In this document: one piece after another, positions 38,467 through 48,174 of the stretch
How the letters are laid out: each line of letters opens with the position of its first letter
Position numbering within the stretch: position 1 is the first letter of the stretch
NCBI GenBank assembly: GCA_964654545.1
Contig: CAZZIU010000014.1
Span: forward strand, 899-64,898
Direction of reading: 5' to 3'
Length of the DNA: 64,000 nt
Source: an uncultured bacterium
Lineage (GTDB): Bacteria; Fidelibacterota; Marinisomatia; Marinisomatales; JABMOV01
Translations under genes and position numbers: made by a program
The notes under the pieces: model-generated
Databases searched by the model: none
Seen by the model: the letters and a program-made list of their open reading frames with translations, nothing else
Told to the model about the DNA's origin: nothing

Positions 38467-39920
38467 TGCGAATTGATAAAATGGGAAAAAATCGAAAACT
38501 AGTATTGATTGCGTTTACGTTATTGGTGTATCTGGCCTGTGTGGAAAAATTTTCCCTGCCTGAAGACTTAAATACTACTGGAAATACGCTGGTAGGTGAT
38601 ACTACCTATTTACCGATACATCCAGTCTGGGATGCATCCTATGGTTTAATGTCTCCAGTTGACTTGTCCATAAGCAAAGAAGGATTTGTTGTAATTGCAG
38701 ACTCAGCTGCCCACAGTATATTGGTGTTCGACCAAAGTGGCTTGCCACAGGATGGGTTTGAGGATTTAACACAATTGACTCACAATAATGGAAATTTTAT
38801 AGCCCCTATTGATGTGGATACCGATACAAAAATGAATATTATGTATATTGATGAATCGGATCAGATTTATCGATGGAATCAGTATTGGAATATGGTTGGC
38901 ATTGATTCCATCGTTGTGGAAGCCACGTTTGTTGAGGCAAATTCAGGACAGACAATATCTGCTTCCTATGGAACACTGTTGTGGTTGGAATTGGTTAATA
39001 GTAGTTCATGGACAATGTCTGATATGATCTGGTCAGCTAATCCGGTATTATTGGATTCTCTGTTAAAACCACACACTTTTTACAACGATACCTCACTAAT
39101 AAATAAATCATTGGATATCCATTATGGGGATGAGAAATCAGTATTCACTGCCATTACAACAACCGATAACGATGAAAACCACCTCTTTGTGACTGATCTG
39201 GAAACCAATCGAGTCATAGAAATAGTATATGCATACAATGCCTATATCCGATTGGGGTCTGGTGAAAAAATATGGGCTCATCAGGGATTATTCCGTCGCA
39301 CGGTAGTCATACCTGGGTCAGGTGCAGGTACCGCCAGTGAACCACTTGGGATTGATATTGATTATGAAAATAATATTTACTATTCCCAACGGGGAGATGT
39401 TTTCTCAGTTCATAAAATTAAGCCAAACAACACAGGTGGGAATGTTAGCTATACATCTGCTTTCCAGCTGGATCAAGACGATATTATGGATATTGGTCGC
39501 TTTATCAATCCACTGGATGTGGCCGTGGATAATTCTCAAATGATATATGTTTCCAATACGGACCAAGCAGAGATACAGGTTTTTCATTCCGATGGTAGTT
39601 TTTTTAAAAAAGCTGGTGTGAAAAATGTTTATATCGATACAAGTTATTATGTTCAAAGTGGGTTGATTGATACAGTTATTATTGATACAACCCTGCTCAT
39701 TGACGGCAATCTTGTTGACACGACATTGACACTATTTGAGTATGACAGCGTACTGGTCGATACGACGTTCACCCGGGAGGTAAAAGGTATGTTGATTGAA
39801 CCAGCCGGTTTAACGGTAGATGATCGAGGAGTGCTTTACGTTTGTGATCCGCTTACATCCAGCATCTTCCGTTTCAAATTATCAAATACATTGGATGAAG
39901 ACATTCAACCGAAGCAATAA
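38466..39920 (+). CDS. NHL-repeat-like beta-propeller lipoprotein
   Basis: Lipobox LLVYLA|C. Recurrent NHL-like blades: PVDLSISKEGFVVIADSAAHSILVFDQSG, PLDVAVDNSQMIYVSNTDQAEIQVFHSDG, PAGLTVDDRGVLYVCDPLTSSIFRF. Confidence 0.6.
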   Translation: MRIDKMGKNRKLVLIAFTLLVYLACVEKFSLPEDLNTTGNTLVGDTTYLPIHPVWDASYGLMSPVDLSISKEGFVVIADSAAHSILVFDQSGLPQDGFEDLTQLTHNNGNFIAPIDVDTDTKMNIMYIDESDQIYRWNQYWNMVGIDSIVVEATFVEANSGQTISASYGTLLWLELVNSSSWTMSDMIWSANPVLLDSLLKPHTFYNDTSLINKSLDIHYGDEKSVFTAITTTDNDENHLFVTDLETNRVIEIVYAYNAYIRLGSGEKIWAHQGLFRRTVVIPGSGAGTASEPLGIDIDYENNIYYSQRGDVFSVHKIKPNNTGGNVSYTSAFQLDQDDIMDIGRFINPLDVAVDNSQMIYVSNTDQAEIQVFHSDGSFFKKAGVKNVYIDTSYYVQSGLIDTVIIDTTLLIDGNLVDTTLTLFEYDSVLVDTTFTREVKGMLIEPAGLTVDDRGVLYVCDPLTSSIFRFKLSNTLDEDIQPKQ

Positions 39921-39926
39921 CCTAAC

Positions 39927-40880
39927 ATGATTTTCCGGTATTTTATTCTAATTATTGCATGCTTCATGATATATGCTCAGGAAAATCCTAGCTACGTTCG
40001 TTATTTTCTAAGTGAAGAAGATTATATTCAAAATAAAATTCAAGTAAAACCGTCTGATGGCGTACCCTATCTGAAAGTTATCTACAACGACAGTGAATTG
40101 CCCATTTCTTTGTTGAAGTTGGATGCTCGCGGTAATGTCTGGGAGAAATCGATTCTTTCGTATTCCAGCGAAAAGAGTTTAGAATCCAAGTTTATATTTG
40201 ATGAGAAAGATCATCTGCAATTTATGTATATATATGCTGAAGATGAGCCATGGTCTGTGGCCTTTCGAAAACAGTTGTACGACAACAATCTAGCTCAATC
40301 CTTTTACGGGCAAACCTCAACATTTTCTTTTGCCAATGACGGCTCACTTCAACAGATAGACTTTGCAAGTGCAGATAACCAACGGTATGGTCGAATTTTA
40401 TTTACCTACGACCATTTGGGACTAATCAGGGAAGAAAGCTGGTGGGATATATCCAAAAGGAGGGTCATTAAAAAATATATTTATCAAATCGATATTCAGA
40501 CAAAAACAAAAAAATTATGGGAATACGGTAAATCAGGGGAAGAAATAAGCTATGTTGAACTGGAAATGGCACCCGAAGATCAATTGTATCCAAATCCACT
40601 TCCAAGAACGGGAAATATTCTTGATGAAAGTGACCTGGTTTTGCAGGAAATCATTCGATCCGGTATTATGCCACCCATTCCAGCGTACATTCCAAAATTG
40701 GAGCATGATTATATTTCATTGCAAAACGGTGAACGAATGGAGGTTGATGTGATTGAGGTGAATTCCTTTGATGTTGTGTTCAGACTAATCAATGATTCTT
40801 TACGTTATACCATGCCTTTATCCCGAGTTAAAGAGGTGAAGAATCAATGGGGTGATCAACTGTATCCGGTGTGGAAATAG
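39927..40880 (+). CDS. hypothetical secreted protein
   Basis: Signal ..CFMIYA|Q. No recognisable motifs. Coding is supported only by ORF length and operon position. Confidence 0.4.
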   Translation: MIFRYFILIIACFMIYAQENPSYVRYFLSEEDYIQNKIQVKPSDGVPYLKVIYNDSELPISLLKLDARGNVWEKSILSYSSEKSLESKFIFDEKDHLQFMYIYAEDEPWSVAFRKQLYDNNLAQSFYGQTSTFSFANDGSLQQIDFASADNQRYGRILFTYDHLGLIREESWWDISKRRVIKKYIYQIDIQTKTKKLWEYGKSGEEISYVELEMAPEDQLYPNPLPRTGNILDESDLVLQEIIRSGIMPPIPAYIPKLEHDYISLQNGERMEVDVIEVNSFDVVFRLINDSLRYTMPLSRVKEVKNQWGDQLYPVWK

Positions 40881-40951
40881 CCAGAAGAGTCATAGCATGC
40901 ATAGCATATCTAGCAGTAAATTGATCCCACAATTCAAAATCGGATTAAAGA

Positions 40952-41719
40952 ATGAATAAAAATATCATTTTAGGTTTAGTATTTTGTGGAATGCTCATGG
41001 CACAAGGGACAAGTTACCCACCGCCAACGACTTTGATTACAGCACCCACAGCGGGAACCCTGGTTCGAGGTAGTTTTTCTTTTGAAATGCGGGTACAAAA
41101 CCACGGTGGACTGGCCACTTCCTTAGCAGCAGGGATTACTGATCGCTTTCAATTTGGAGTGTCTTACGGCGCAAACAATTTTATTGGGGATGACAGCCTG
41201 GTATGGTATCCTCGACCAGAAGCAAGTCTCAAATACCGTATGATTGATGAAACAATGAGTTTACCCGGTGTATCACTGGGAATTAATACACAGGGTTTTG
41301 GACGGTATCATTCTGATAAAGATTTAAAACGGTACGATACAAAAGCCTACGGTCTTTATTTATCTGCCAGTAAAAATTGGAAATTTGTATTAGGCAATGT
41401 GGGTATTCATGGTGGAATGAATTATAATTTTACGGAAACTACCGACGGGGATAACGATCCAAACGTGTTTTTTGGCTTGGATATGGAAGTTAATCCTGAA
41501 CTGGCAATGTTGGTGGAATACAACAGTGCATTCAATGAAAATGACGAAGATTTACAATCCATGTCATTAAATACCAGCGGATATTTAAATGCAGCAATAC
41601 GATGGACATTTGTAAGTCACTTGCATATTGAAATTGATTTCAACAATCTACTGTTTAATGAAGATAATGTTGATTACTTTAACCGTGAAATTAAACTCAC
41701 GTACATCGAGTATTTTTAA
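40952..41719 (+). CDS. hypothetical small outer-membrane beta-barrel-like protein
   Basis: Signal ..GMLMA|Q. Alternating hydrophobic pattern. C-terminal LTYIEYF (aromatic terminus typical of outer-membrane proteins). Confidence 0.4.
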   Translation: MNKNIILGLVFCGMLMAQGTSYPPPTTLITAPTAGTLVRGSFSFEMRVQNHGGLATSLAAGITDRFQFGVSYGANNFIGDDSLVWYPRPEASLKYRMIDETMSLPGVSLGINTQGFGRYHSDKDLKRYDTKAYGLYLSASKNWKFVLGNVGIHGGMNYNFTETTDGDNDPNVFFGLDMEVNPELAMLVEYNSAFNENDEDLQSMSLNTSGYLNAAIRWTFVSHLHIEIDFNNLLFNEDNVDYFNREIKLTYIEYF

Positions 41720-41720
41720 T

Positions 41721-41727
41721 AAGGAGG
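41721..41727 (+). promoter_or_regulatory. Shine-Dalgarno site (AAGGAGG) for the 41732 gene
   Basis: AAGGAGG lies 4 nt upstream of the ATG at 41732. Confidence 0.6.
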
Positions 41728-41731
41728 TAGT

Positions 41732-42268
41732 ATGAATAATGGACGTTGGATAGGATTACTTCTGGTCTTCAGTTTAACCGTTGGGTTTGCACAATTAACA
41801 GTAGGGGATATGGCACCGGACTGGGCATTCCCTGATGCAGACGGAACGATGTTTACCATGGATAATTGGCCAGGGAAGATTCTACAAATTAATTATGTAG
41901 ATCCAGACGAATCGGAATTAAATGAACCGTTTAACGACGCAGTAAAGTATGCCATTGATAGTTTAAAAATTATTGAACGTGAAACATTCAAAGGGTTTGG
42001 AATTGTAGATTGTGCTGCAACATGGAAACCGGATTTCCTGATCAGAAAAATTGCTGGAGGTAAAGCGAAGAAGTTTGATACAACCATCTTATTTGACTAC
42101 GATGCTGTTCTCAGGAATGCATGGGGTTTAAAAGAAGATTCCTATAATATAATTATCGTCGATATGGATCGAGTTGTCCGGGCAGTTATCAAAGATAAAA
42201 TCCGGGATGAAGATATTCAGAAATACATCCAGTTAATCATTGATTTACAAAACAGCTCTACCATGTAA
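41732..42268 (+). CDS. YtfJ-family thioredoxin-fold-like periplasmic protein
   Basis: Signal ..TVGFA|Q. The C-terminal segment VLRNAWGLKEDSYNIIIVDMDRVVRAVIKDKIRDEDIQKYIQLI parallels E. coli YtfJ (ALDAWQLDEESSAVVVLDKDGRVQW..LTPEDVQQVMDLL) as I recall it. There is no CXXC. Confidence 0.5.
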   Translation: MNNGRWIGLLLVFSLTVGFAQLTVGDMAPDWAFPDADGTMFTMDNWPGKILQINYVDPDESELNEPFNDAVKYAIDSLKIIERETFKGFGIVDCAATWKPDFLIRKIAGGKAKKFDTTILFDYDAVLRNAWGLKEDSYNIIIVDMDRVVRAVIKDKIRDEDIQKYIQLIIDLQNSSTM

Positions 42269-42277
42269 GCGTGTTCA

Positions 42278-42811
42278 ATGACGAAATTAATCGAGAAACG
42301 ATTAAAATCGTCTAAAATCTATTCCGGACGGTTGCTCCACGTCTATAAAGATGATGTGGAGTTGCCTTCCGGACAAACAACCGATCGGGAATATATCAAA
42401 CATCCCGGTGCCGTGGTAATTATACCAATATTACCAAATGGTGAAATTCTATTGATTAAACAATTTCGGTATCCAATGGGGATGACGATGATTGAATTAC
42501 CGGCCGGAAAACTTGACCCAGGTGAGGATCACAGGCAATCTGCTGAGCGTGAACTGGAAGAAGAAACCGGTTACCGCGCTGCTACATTGATGGAGGTTAC
42601 GGAAATTCATCCCTGCATAGGATATAGCGATGAAAAAATGTGGTTGTATTATGCTGAGGGCCTTACAAAGACATCCACCAATCTTGATAATGACGAATTT
42701 ATTGACCTCCTGCCAGTTCCATTGAGTAAAGCCATCAATATGGTGTGGAACGGTGAGATTACTGATGTAAAAACCATCATCGGCGTTTTATGGGCAGATC
42801 GCCTTCGTTAG
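42278..42811 (+). CDS. NUDIX hydrolase, ADP-ribose pyrophosphatase-like
   Basis: Nudix box GKLDPGEDHRQSAERELEEETGY. The overall layout (..REYIKHPGAVVIIP..) is typical of NudF-type enzymes. Confidence 0.8.
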   Translation: MTKLIEKRLKSSKIYSGRLLHVYKDDVELPSGQTTDREYIKHPGAVVIIPILPNGEILLIKQFRYPMGMTMIELPAGKLDPGEDHRQSAERELEEETGYRAATLMEVTEIHPCIGYSDEKMWLYYAEGLTKTSTNLDNDEFIDLLPVPLSKAINMVWNGEITDVKTIIGVLWADRLR

Positions 42812-42877
42812 TTTGCATCCTAACGCATATTTGTAAATTCTTTAATTCAATCCACTCGGAAAAATGATTTTGTCCAG

Positions 42878-43825
42878 ATGTTGAACTCTCCGCAACACGA
42901 ATTAAAGCAATTAATAATTGATAAATCAAATGAACTTGGGTTTCAATTATGTGGCTTTACTGATATCGGGGCAATACCAGAACAACAAAAGAGATTTGAA
43001 GACTGGATAGGCAGTGGAAAACATGCCACAATGGGATGGCTGGAAAAACGAAAAAGTGAGCGTGGGAATGTGAAACAATATTTTCCTGATGCCAAATCAC
43101 TTATTTCGTTTGGATTAAATTATTACCATGGAAATTCAGAAGAGGTTATAAACCAGAATTATAAAATTAGCAATTACGCCTGGGGACATGATTATCATCA
43201 GATTATCAAAGATAGGCTGAAACTAATTGTACAACTTTTAATAGATACCGTTCCCGAGGCTAAATCAATAGTCTGTGTCGACACATCACCATTAATGGAA
43301 AAATACTGGGCCCAACGTGCCGGGCTAGGCTGGCAGGGGAAACATACCAATATTATAACACGAGATTTCGGTAGTTGGATTTTTCTTGGAGAAATACTAA
43401 CGAGCATTACATTTGAACCGGATGCTCCATTTGAAAATGATCTTTGTGGTTCCTGCACGGCCTGTTTGGATGCATGTCCTACCCAGGCTCTTTTACCATA
43501 CATACTCGATAGTAGAAAATGTATATCTTATCTTACAATTGAGCATCGTGGTGAAATCAATAGGCAGTTTGACGGGAGGTTGGATAATTGGATTTATGGA
43601 TGCGATGTTTGTCAGGATGTTTGTCCCTGGAACACCAAATTTTCCCACCAATCCAAGGAATCGGCATTTGCTCCCCGTCATTCACTAATATCACAATCTG
43701 CAAATGCATTACATTCTATGGATGAGGAAGCGTTTTCATTGTTGTTTAAAAACAGCCCAATCAAGCGAACAAAACTGGAAGGTTTGAAGCGAAATATAAG
43801 AAAAAACGGGTTGCTGGAAGATTGA
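42878..43825 (+). CDS. queG: epoxyqueuosine reductase
   Basis: Diagnostic cluster: CGSCTACLDACPTQAL, CISYLTIEH, CDVCQDVCPWN. Confidence 0.9.
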   Translation: MLNSPQHELKQLIIDKSNELGFQLCGFTDIGAIPEQQKRFEDWIGSGKHATMGWLEKRKSERGNVKQYFPDAKSLISFGLNYYHGNSEEVINQNYKISNYAWGHDYHQIIKDRLKLIVQLLIDTVPEAKSIVCVDTSPLMEKYWAQRAGLGWQGKHTNIITRDFGSWIFLGEILTSITFEPDAPFENDLCGSCTACLDACPTQALLPYILDSRKCISYLTIEHRGEINRQFDGRLDNWIYGCDVCQDVCPWNTKFSHQSKESAFAPRHSLISQSANALHSMDEEAFSLLFKNSPIKRTKLEGLKRNIRKNGLLED

Positions 43826-43877
43826 ATTATTTGCTGAATTTAAATCCGCATCCCGGTATATTTACAAACAAACGAAA

Positions 43878-43883
43878 AAGGAG
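43878..43883 (+). promoter_or_regulatory. Shine-Dalgarno site (AAGGAG) for elbB
   Basis: AAGGAG lies 5 nt upstream of the ATG at 43889. Confidence 0.6.
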
Positions 43884-43888
43884 ATAAT

Positions 43889-44551
43889 ATGCCAAAAGTT
43901 GGAATTGTGTTATCTGGGTCGGGGTATTTGGATGGTGCAGAAATCCAGGAATCAGTCATTACAATGTTGACCCTTGATCGAGCTGGTGCTGAGATGGTAT
44001 TTATGGCGCCGGATGTAGATCAATTGCATGTCGTAAATCATCAGACCGGAACAGAAATGGATGGGAAATCAAGAAATGTTTTGGTGGAAGCAGCACGCAT
44101 TACCAGAGGGAATGTTCACCGTATTGAAGAAGTCAATCCAGATGATCTGGATGCGTTAATTTTCCCCGGTGGATTTGGTGTTGCAAAAAATTTATGTGAC
44201 TATGCCATGGTTGGGGCAGACTGTACGGTGAATCCGGCAGTAGAACATATAGCAAAATCTATACATGAAGCGGGTAAACCTATCGGTGTTATTTGTATTG
44301 CTCCGGCTATGATGGCACGTATTTTAGGTGATAAAGGAATTAAAACTGATTTGACCATCGGTTACGATGAGGCCACTGCCACTGATATTAATACAATGGG
44401 TGGTAACCATATTGCTTGTCCGGTTCAAGAAATGGTGATTGACAAAGAACAGAAGGTAGTTTCAACACCAGCGTATATGGAAGCCCAGCGGATTAGTGAA
44501 GCTGCGGATGGGATAGAAAAGCTGGTTCATGAAGTGTTAGCGATGGTTTAA
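43889..44551 (+). CDS. elbB: isoprenoid biosynthesis glyoxalase ElbB (DJ-1/PfpI superfamily)
   Basis: Collinear with E. coli ElbB along its length: VGIVLSGSGYLDGAEIQESV, NVLVEAARITRG, LDALIFPGGFGVAKNL, GKPIGVICIAPAM, VSTPAYM. Confidence 0.85.
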   Translation: MPKVGIVLSGSGYLDGAEIQESVITMLTLDRAGAEMVFMAPDVDQLHVVNHQTGTEMDGKSRNVLVEAARITRGNVHRIEEVNPDDLDALIFPGGFGVAKNLCDYAMVGADCTVNPAVEHIAKSIHEAGKPIGVICIAPAMMARILGDKGIKTDLTIGYDEATATDINTMGGNHIACPVQEMVIDKEQKVVSTPAYMEAQRISEAADGIEKLVHEVLAMV

Positions 44552-45426
44552 TATTTCACTGAAATATCAGCAGATCCTAGTCCCACACTAATATCCAGAT
44601 TAATGACCGGTAAGCCCGGTCGCCAATTTTCTGATACCCATTCGTTTTCGCTTTCCTCTATTAAGCCATAGACAGCTACAGATGAAAGAAAAGTATCATT
44701 TACATAGAGTTTAATATTTGCTCGTTCCGGCAATATTAAATCTAAATCTCCTAATCCTACTTCAATATCAAAATCGGTATCTATTAGTTGATCTCCGCGA
44801 AAATCCACATTTGCTGAACCAAGCCCAACGTTCAAATCAATGGAACGGGCATGGATGTTTCCAAGTCCCATAATTGATAGATCTCCTAATCCACTTTCCA
44901 GCTTAAGATTTCTACATTCAATCGGATTAAATTTATTACTGATAATATTGACGTCACTAAACCCGCATTCAACATTTAGCTTCTCGATGCGCAGACCTGA
45001 AAGGTCAATTTCTGCGGTTCCAAAACCGAAATCAAGATCCAATACTGTCGGGATGGCGGTTGGCAAGGAAAAGTCCATGACATTTTTGCTGTCAAAATCT
45101 TTCAAATCCTTAATTCGATCAATATCGAAGTGATACGAAGAATCATTCGAACTGACATCGATGGTAAGGGCTGCACTATTCCCATGTTCCAAAAGATTAA
45201 CCTTGGGGGCTGTATAGATCGGATCATATTGGATTACACCGTCGATATCGTTGCGCGTTTTATTGGGGGAGAGGATCAGATCGCCGATCCCAAAATCAAT
45301 TTTTGCATCCAGTTGAATGGATCCTTTGGTTGAAAAGTGATAGTGATCTCGTATACTCTGTCGAGTAGAATCACTTCCAAACGCGATGGTACACAGTAGC
45401 AAGAAGAATAATTGGAAATTTTTCAT
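44548..45426 (-). CDS. toastrack-like (LiaF C-terminal / DUF2154-like) secreted beta-strand-repeat protein
   Basis: Internal ATG at 45426 gives MKNFQLFFLLLCTIAFG. Repeated segments GLGDLSIMGLG, VGLGSANVDFRGD, VGLGDLDLILP and VGLGSADISVKY are typical of toastrack-type repeats. It is the last gene of the ECF sigma operon. Confidence 0.5.
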   Translation of the reverse strand: MKNFQLFFLLLCTIAFGSDSTRQSIRDHYHFSTKGSIQLDAKIDFGIGDLILSPNKTRNDIDGVIQYDPIYTAPKVNLLEHGNSAALTIDVSSNDSSYHFDIDRIKDLKDFDSKNVMDFSLPTAIPTVLDLDFGFGTAEIDLSGLRIEKLNVECGFSDVNIISNKFNPIECRNLKLESGLGDLSIMGLGNIHARSIDLNVGLGSANVDFRGDQLIDTDFDIEVGLGDLDLILPERANIKLYVNDTFLSSVAVYGLIEESENEWVSENWRPGLPVINLDISVGLGSADISVKY

Positions 45427-45433
45427 ATCAACC

Positions 45434-46936
45434 TCAAAAGATAAATCCAAGTCGAACAGCAGTCTCCACCACATCCAGTCCGTCGATTGGTTTGGAAATT
45501 GTAAATCCCAATTCAAAATCATCTCCATCATGATCAGGATTGAGTGTCATTCCAATACCGGCGGATTTAATCATGTTGTCATAATGGTTGGAAACGTCTG
45601 ACAACGGGTAGTCGTTTTTGTCCCAGGCATGACCGATATCCATAAATGCATACACATGGAACCAGGTATCCAGAAAATCGGGCGTGAAATACATGGCCAG
45701 ATTGGTTTGAATCATCTGATTACCGGTTTGATATTTATACGGGTAAGCATTAACTGAGCCGATGCCTCCGACTCCAAACATGCGGTGTATTGGTAAATTT
45801 CCTTCTGATGTACCGATGATTGTTCTGTTACGTAAAACCAACCCCTCTGAAAACTCCCAATTCAATATGGCGAGAGCAAATATTCTTGTATTATCACCTA
45901 CAGGTTTTATTGTTAACCCCGAATCAAAATAACTGCTGATATTAATTAATCCAGCATATCCGGAATGGAATGGAGTAAAAGATTTTGACCGTGAAGCAAC
46001 AGTGGTCTCAATATATTCGGCTTTTCCGGGCACAATAGCCAAATTGGGCCGTAGAGATCGATTTTTTTCGAACAAGCTCCACATATCAATTACAGGTAAT
46101 GTATCCTGCTCTACGGATGCCCATAACATTTTCACTTTGATAAACGAAAGGTCCAAGCCTAATCCAAATGAAGCACCTTGTTCATCCCAGCGATCCATAA
46201 AATCCTGGCGCGCAAAGATAGCTGCAAAATTGTTTTCAGCTTCTCTCAACCGATAGCCATCATCGGTGCGGTGGTCTTTAAATGCATTTGCAAAAAGTAT
46301 AAGAAAATTATTGGTTCCAAAACCACGCTCAAAACCAATCCTGCCAACAAGATCCCCCGGTCCGAATCGATAGCCGAGATTGGTTGTAAGCTTAAAATGA
46401 GATTTACCGTTCCGATCCCATTTACTATTCATAAAATTGATTACTAATCCTTCATTTCGGTTGAGATACAATGCATTAAAATCGGGGAATATCCAATTAG
46501 CTCGTGCCCGTTCACTTCTACGATTAAGATTGAAATCCGTGTCTCCGTTCACGATTTCTTCCTGTTCATATTCACGGTAGACAAGACCCTCTTTCAGATT
46601 GGTTTCAATGACCGACCCGCTAATTTTTGCGCCGTCTTCTTTATAGACAGAGCCACCAATGGCAATAATTTTTCCTTCAATGATCGCAGTGGGATGTAAA
46701 AAAACATCTCCACCGACCAGAGTGATAGTTCCACGAACCGTACCGTCTACGGTAAGGTTTCCTCCGATGAGTCGAATTCTGTCATTTGAGATAGTATTCG
46801 CGTCAATCACATGGTCGCCAAACAAACGCAATTCCTGATTGGCTTGATTGTTGTTCAGCAGTGCATCATAGTTGTGCTCTACCGGTTCAGTAAACGCGGT
46901 ACTTATAGATAATAATAATAGGATAGTTTTTTTCAT
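45434..46936 (-). CDS. bactofilin-like (polymer-forming beta-helix) N-domain fused to an outer-membrane beta-barrel
   Basis: Signal peptide MKKTILLLLSISTAF. IRLIGGNLTVDGTVRGTITLVGGDVFLHPTAIIEGKIIAIGGSVYKEDGAKISGSV resembles the bactofilin/DUF583 repeat. The C-terminal ~330 aa are beta-rich and end AVRLGFIF. Confidence 0.5.
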   Translation of the reverse strand: MKKTILLLLSISTAFTEPVEHNYDALLNNNQANQELRLFGDHVIDANTISNDRIRLIGGNLTVDGTVRGTITLVGGDVFLHPTAIIEGKIIAIGGSVYKEDGAKISGSVIETNLKEGLVYREYEQEEIVNGDTDFNLNRRSERARANWIFPDFNALYLNRNEGLVINFMNSKWDRNGKSHFKLTTNLGYRFGPGDLVGRIGFERGFGTNNFLILFANAFKDHRTDDGYRLREAENNFAAIFARQDFMDRWDEQGASFGLGLDLSFIKVKMLWASVEQDTLPVIDMWSLFEKNRSLRPNLAIVPGKAEYIETTVASRSKSFTPFHSGYAGLINISSYFDSGLTIKPVGDNTRIFALAILNWEFSEGLVLRNRTIIGTSEGNLPIHRMFGVGGIGSVNAYPYKYQTGNQMIQTNLAMYFTPDFLDTWFHVYAFMDIGHAWDKNDYPLSDVSNHYDNMIKSAGIGMTLNPDHDGDDFELGFTISKPIDGLDVVETAVRLGFIF

Positions 46937-46938
46937 TT

Positions 46939-48174
46939 TCAGTCCTTTGAGATTGTTACAACACCAAAATGGCTTGAAATAGATACGTTATGCTGTCCTG
47001 ATCCCTGAACTCCATTGGCATGAAGAACCATACCTTCCAGCTGAATAACCAGGGGAATTTCTGAGTCCAACATTTCTGAATCTTCGATGCCATCAATAAC
47101 CACATTATATTGCGCTGAAAAATGCCTTGGTACAACCAGGTATACATCGCCAAAACTATTGGTAATATCAATGTCCTGGGATACAATATCTTGGGAAGAT
47201 TTATGTATAATAATATCTCCTGTATTGGTAATGGCGGTTATACGTCCACCAAGCTGTTCACCCTGGATGGATCCCATCATTGTTTTCAAATTAACATCAC
47301 CAATTATATTGTCAATTTCAATATCACCGGCATTGGTGAGAGCAACAACATTTCCTACAACACGACTAATTTCCAGATCACCACCGGCGGTCTCCATTTG
47401 GATATCAGAATTAACTTTATGAATTTCAATATCACCACCTTCCGTTTTCACAACAACCGAATTCCCATCTATATCAGATAGCCGTATTTCGCCACCTGAG
47501 GTATACGCCTCAACGTTTCCATGATTAATTTCAATTTCCAGATCACCACCTTTTGTTTCAACAAAGAGAACGCCTTCCGTATCACTGGTTTCAATATTTC
47601 CACCGGAAGTGACCAGATTGATGTTTCCAAGCGCATGCGCCAATTCAATATCGCCACCAGCAGTGTTTGCTGAAATTTTTCCTGCAATTCGTCGTAGCTT
47701 AATATTTCCACCACCGGTTTGGATATCCAATTCACCTGCAATGTTTTCACAGGAGATATCGCCGCCCTGATTCACAAATTGAATACTGGTACGTTTGGGC
47801 ACATGAATATCGTAACTGTAATCCACTTTTGACGACCATCGATTTGCCCCAACTATTTTTATCATTCCGTTGACATCGTCATAGTGTACACTGGCTCGGG
47901 ACAATTCATATTCCTTTTTGGCCCAGCGTTCCTTAGCTGATGATAGTTCAATTCTCTCAACAATTTGAACAGCATTGCCCGGTTCACCAATAATTTCAAT
48001 GTCACCTTGAACATTATGTGCTTTTAGAATGAGTAGCACATCCTTATCGGTTGTGAATTGGTAAACAGCTTCACCTGTGTATTGAGAATGACCATCCAGT
48101 CCAAAGGAATTAAATATTTCCTGACTGAATCCCAAGCTAATAAGGAGAAAGAAATTTGGGATTAGTACTCTCAT
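46939..48174 (-). CDS. DUF4097-type beta-strand-repeat protein (putative adhesin / toastrack family)
   Basis: Signal ..SLGFS|Q. More than 8 tandem ~19-aa repeats centred on GGDI/GGNI/GGEI (TGGGNIKL, AGGDIEL, SGGNIET, KGGDLEIE, SGGEIRL, EGGDIEI, AGGDLEI). Confidence 0.7.
   Translation of the reverse strand: MRVLIPNFFLLISLGFSQEIFNSFGLDGHSQYTGEAVYQFTTDKDVLLILKAHNVQGDIEIIGEPGNAVQIVERIELSSAKERWAKKEYELSRASVHYDDVNGMIKIVGANRWSSKVDYSYDIHVPKRTSIQFVNQGGDISCENIAGELDIQTGGGNIKLRRIAGKISANTAGGDIELAHALGNINLVTSGGNIETSDTEGVLFVETKGGDLEIEINHGNVEAYTSGGEIRLSDIDGNSVVVKTEGGDIEIHKVNSDIQMETAGGDLEISRVVGNVVALTNAGDIEIDNIIGDVNLKTMMGSIQGEQLGGRITAITNTGDIIIHKSSQDIVSQDIDITNSFGDVYLVVPRHFSAQYNVVIDGIEDSEMLDSEIPLVIQLEGMVLHANGVQGSGQHNVSISSHFGVVTISKD

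Noticed and set aside
12862-39920. Reading the accessory region as a classical polysaccharide utilisation locus.
   Set aside because: There is no SusD-like lipoprotein next to the TonB receptor, and I recognise no glycoside hydrolase, lyase or esterase motifs. The recognisable catalytic domains are all EEP-type, and the binding modules are LTD, NucH-like or HhH.
40891-40908. A tandem 9-mer, catagcatg/catagcata, in the 71-nt gap before the 40952 gene.
   Set aside because: There are only two short copies and no flanking structure or further repeats. This is not a CRISPR, a VNTR or a clear operator.
44548-44551. The convergent genes elbB (+) and the toastrack-like gene (-) share overlapping stop codons (TTAA), with no terminator between them.
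   Set aside because: The overlap is real in the sequence but is a common compaction feature. Nothing further can be inferred from it.
47087-47481. Two overlapping + strand ORFs (111 and 119 aa) opposite the DUF4097 gene.
   Set aside because: They are a by-product of the periodic GG(D/N/E)I repeat DNA, which keeps several frames open. The minus-strand frame has a signal peptide and a regular repeat structure.
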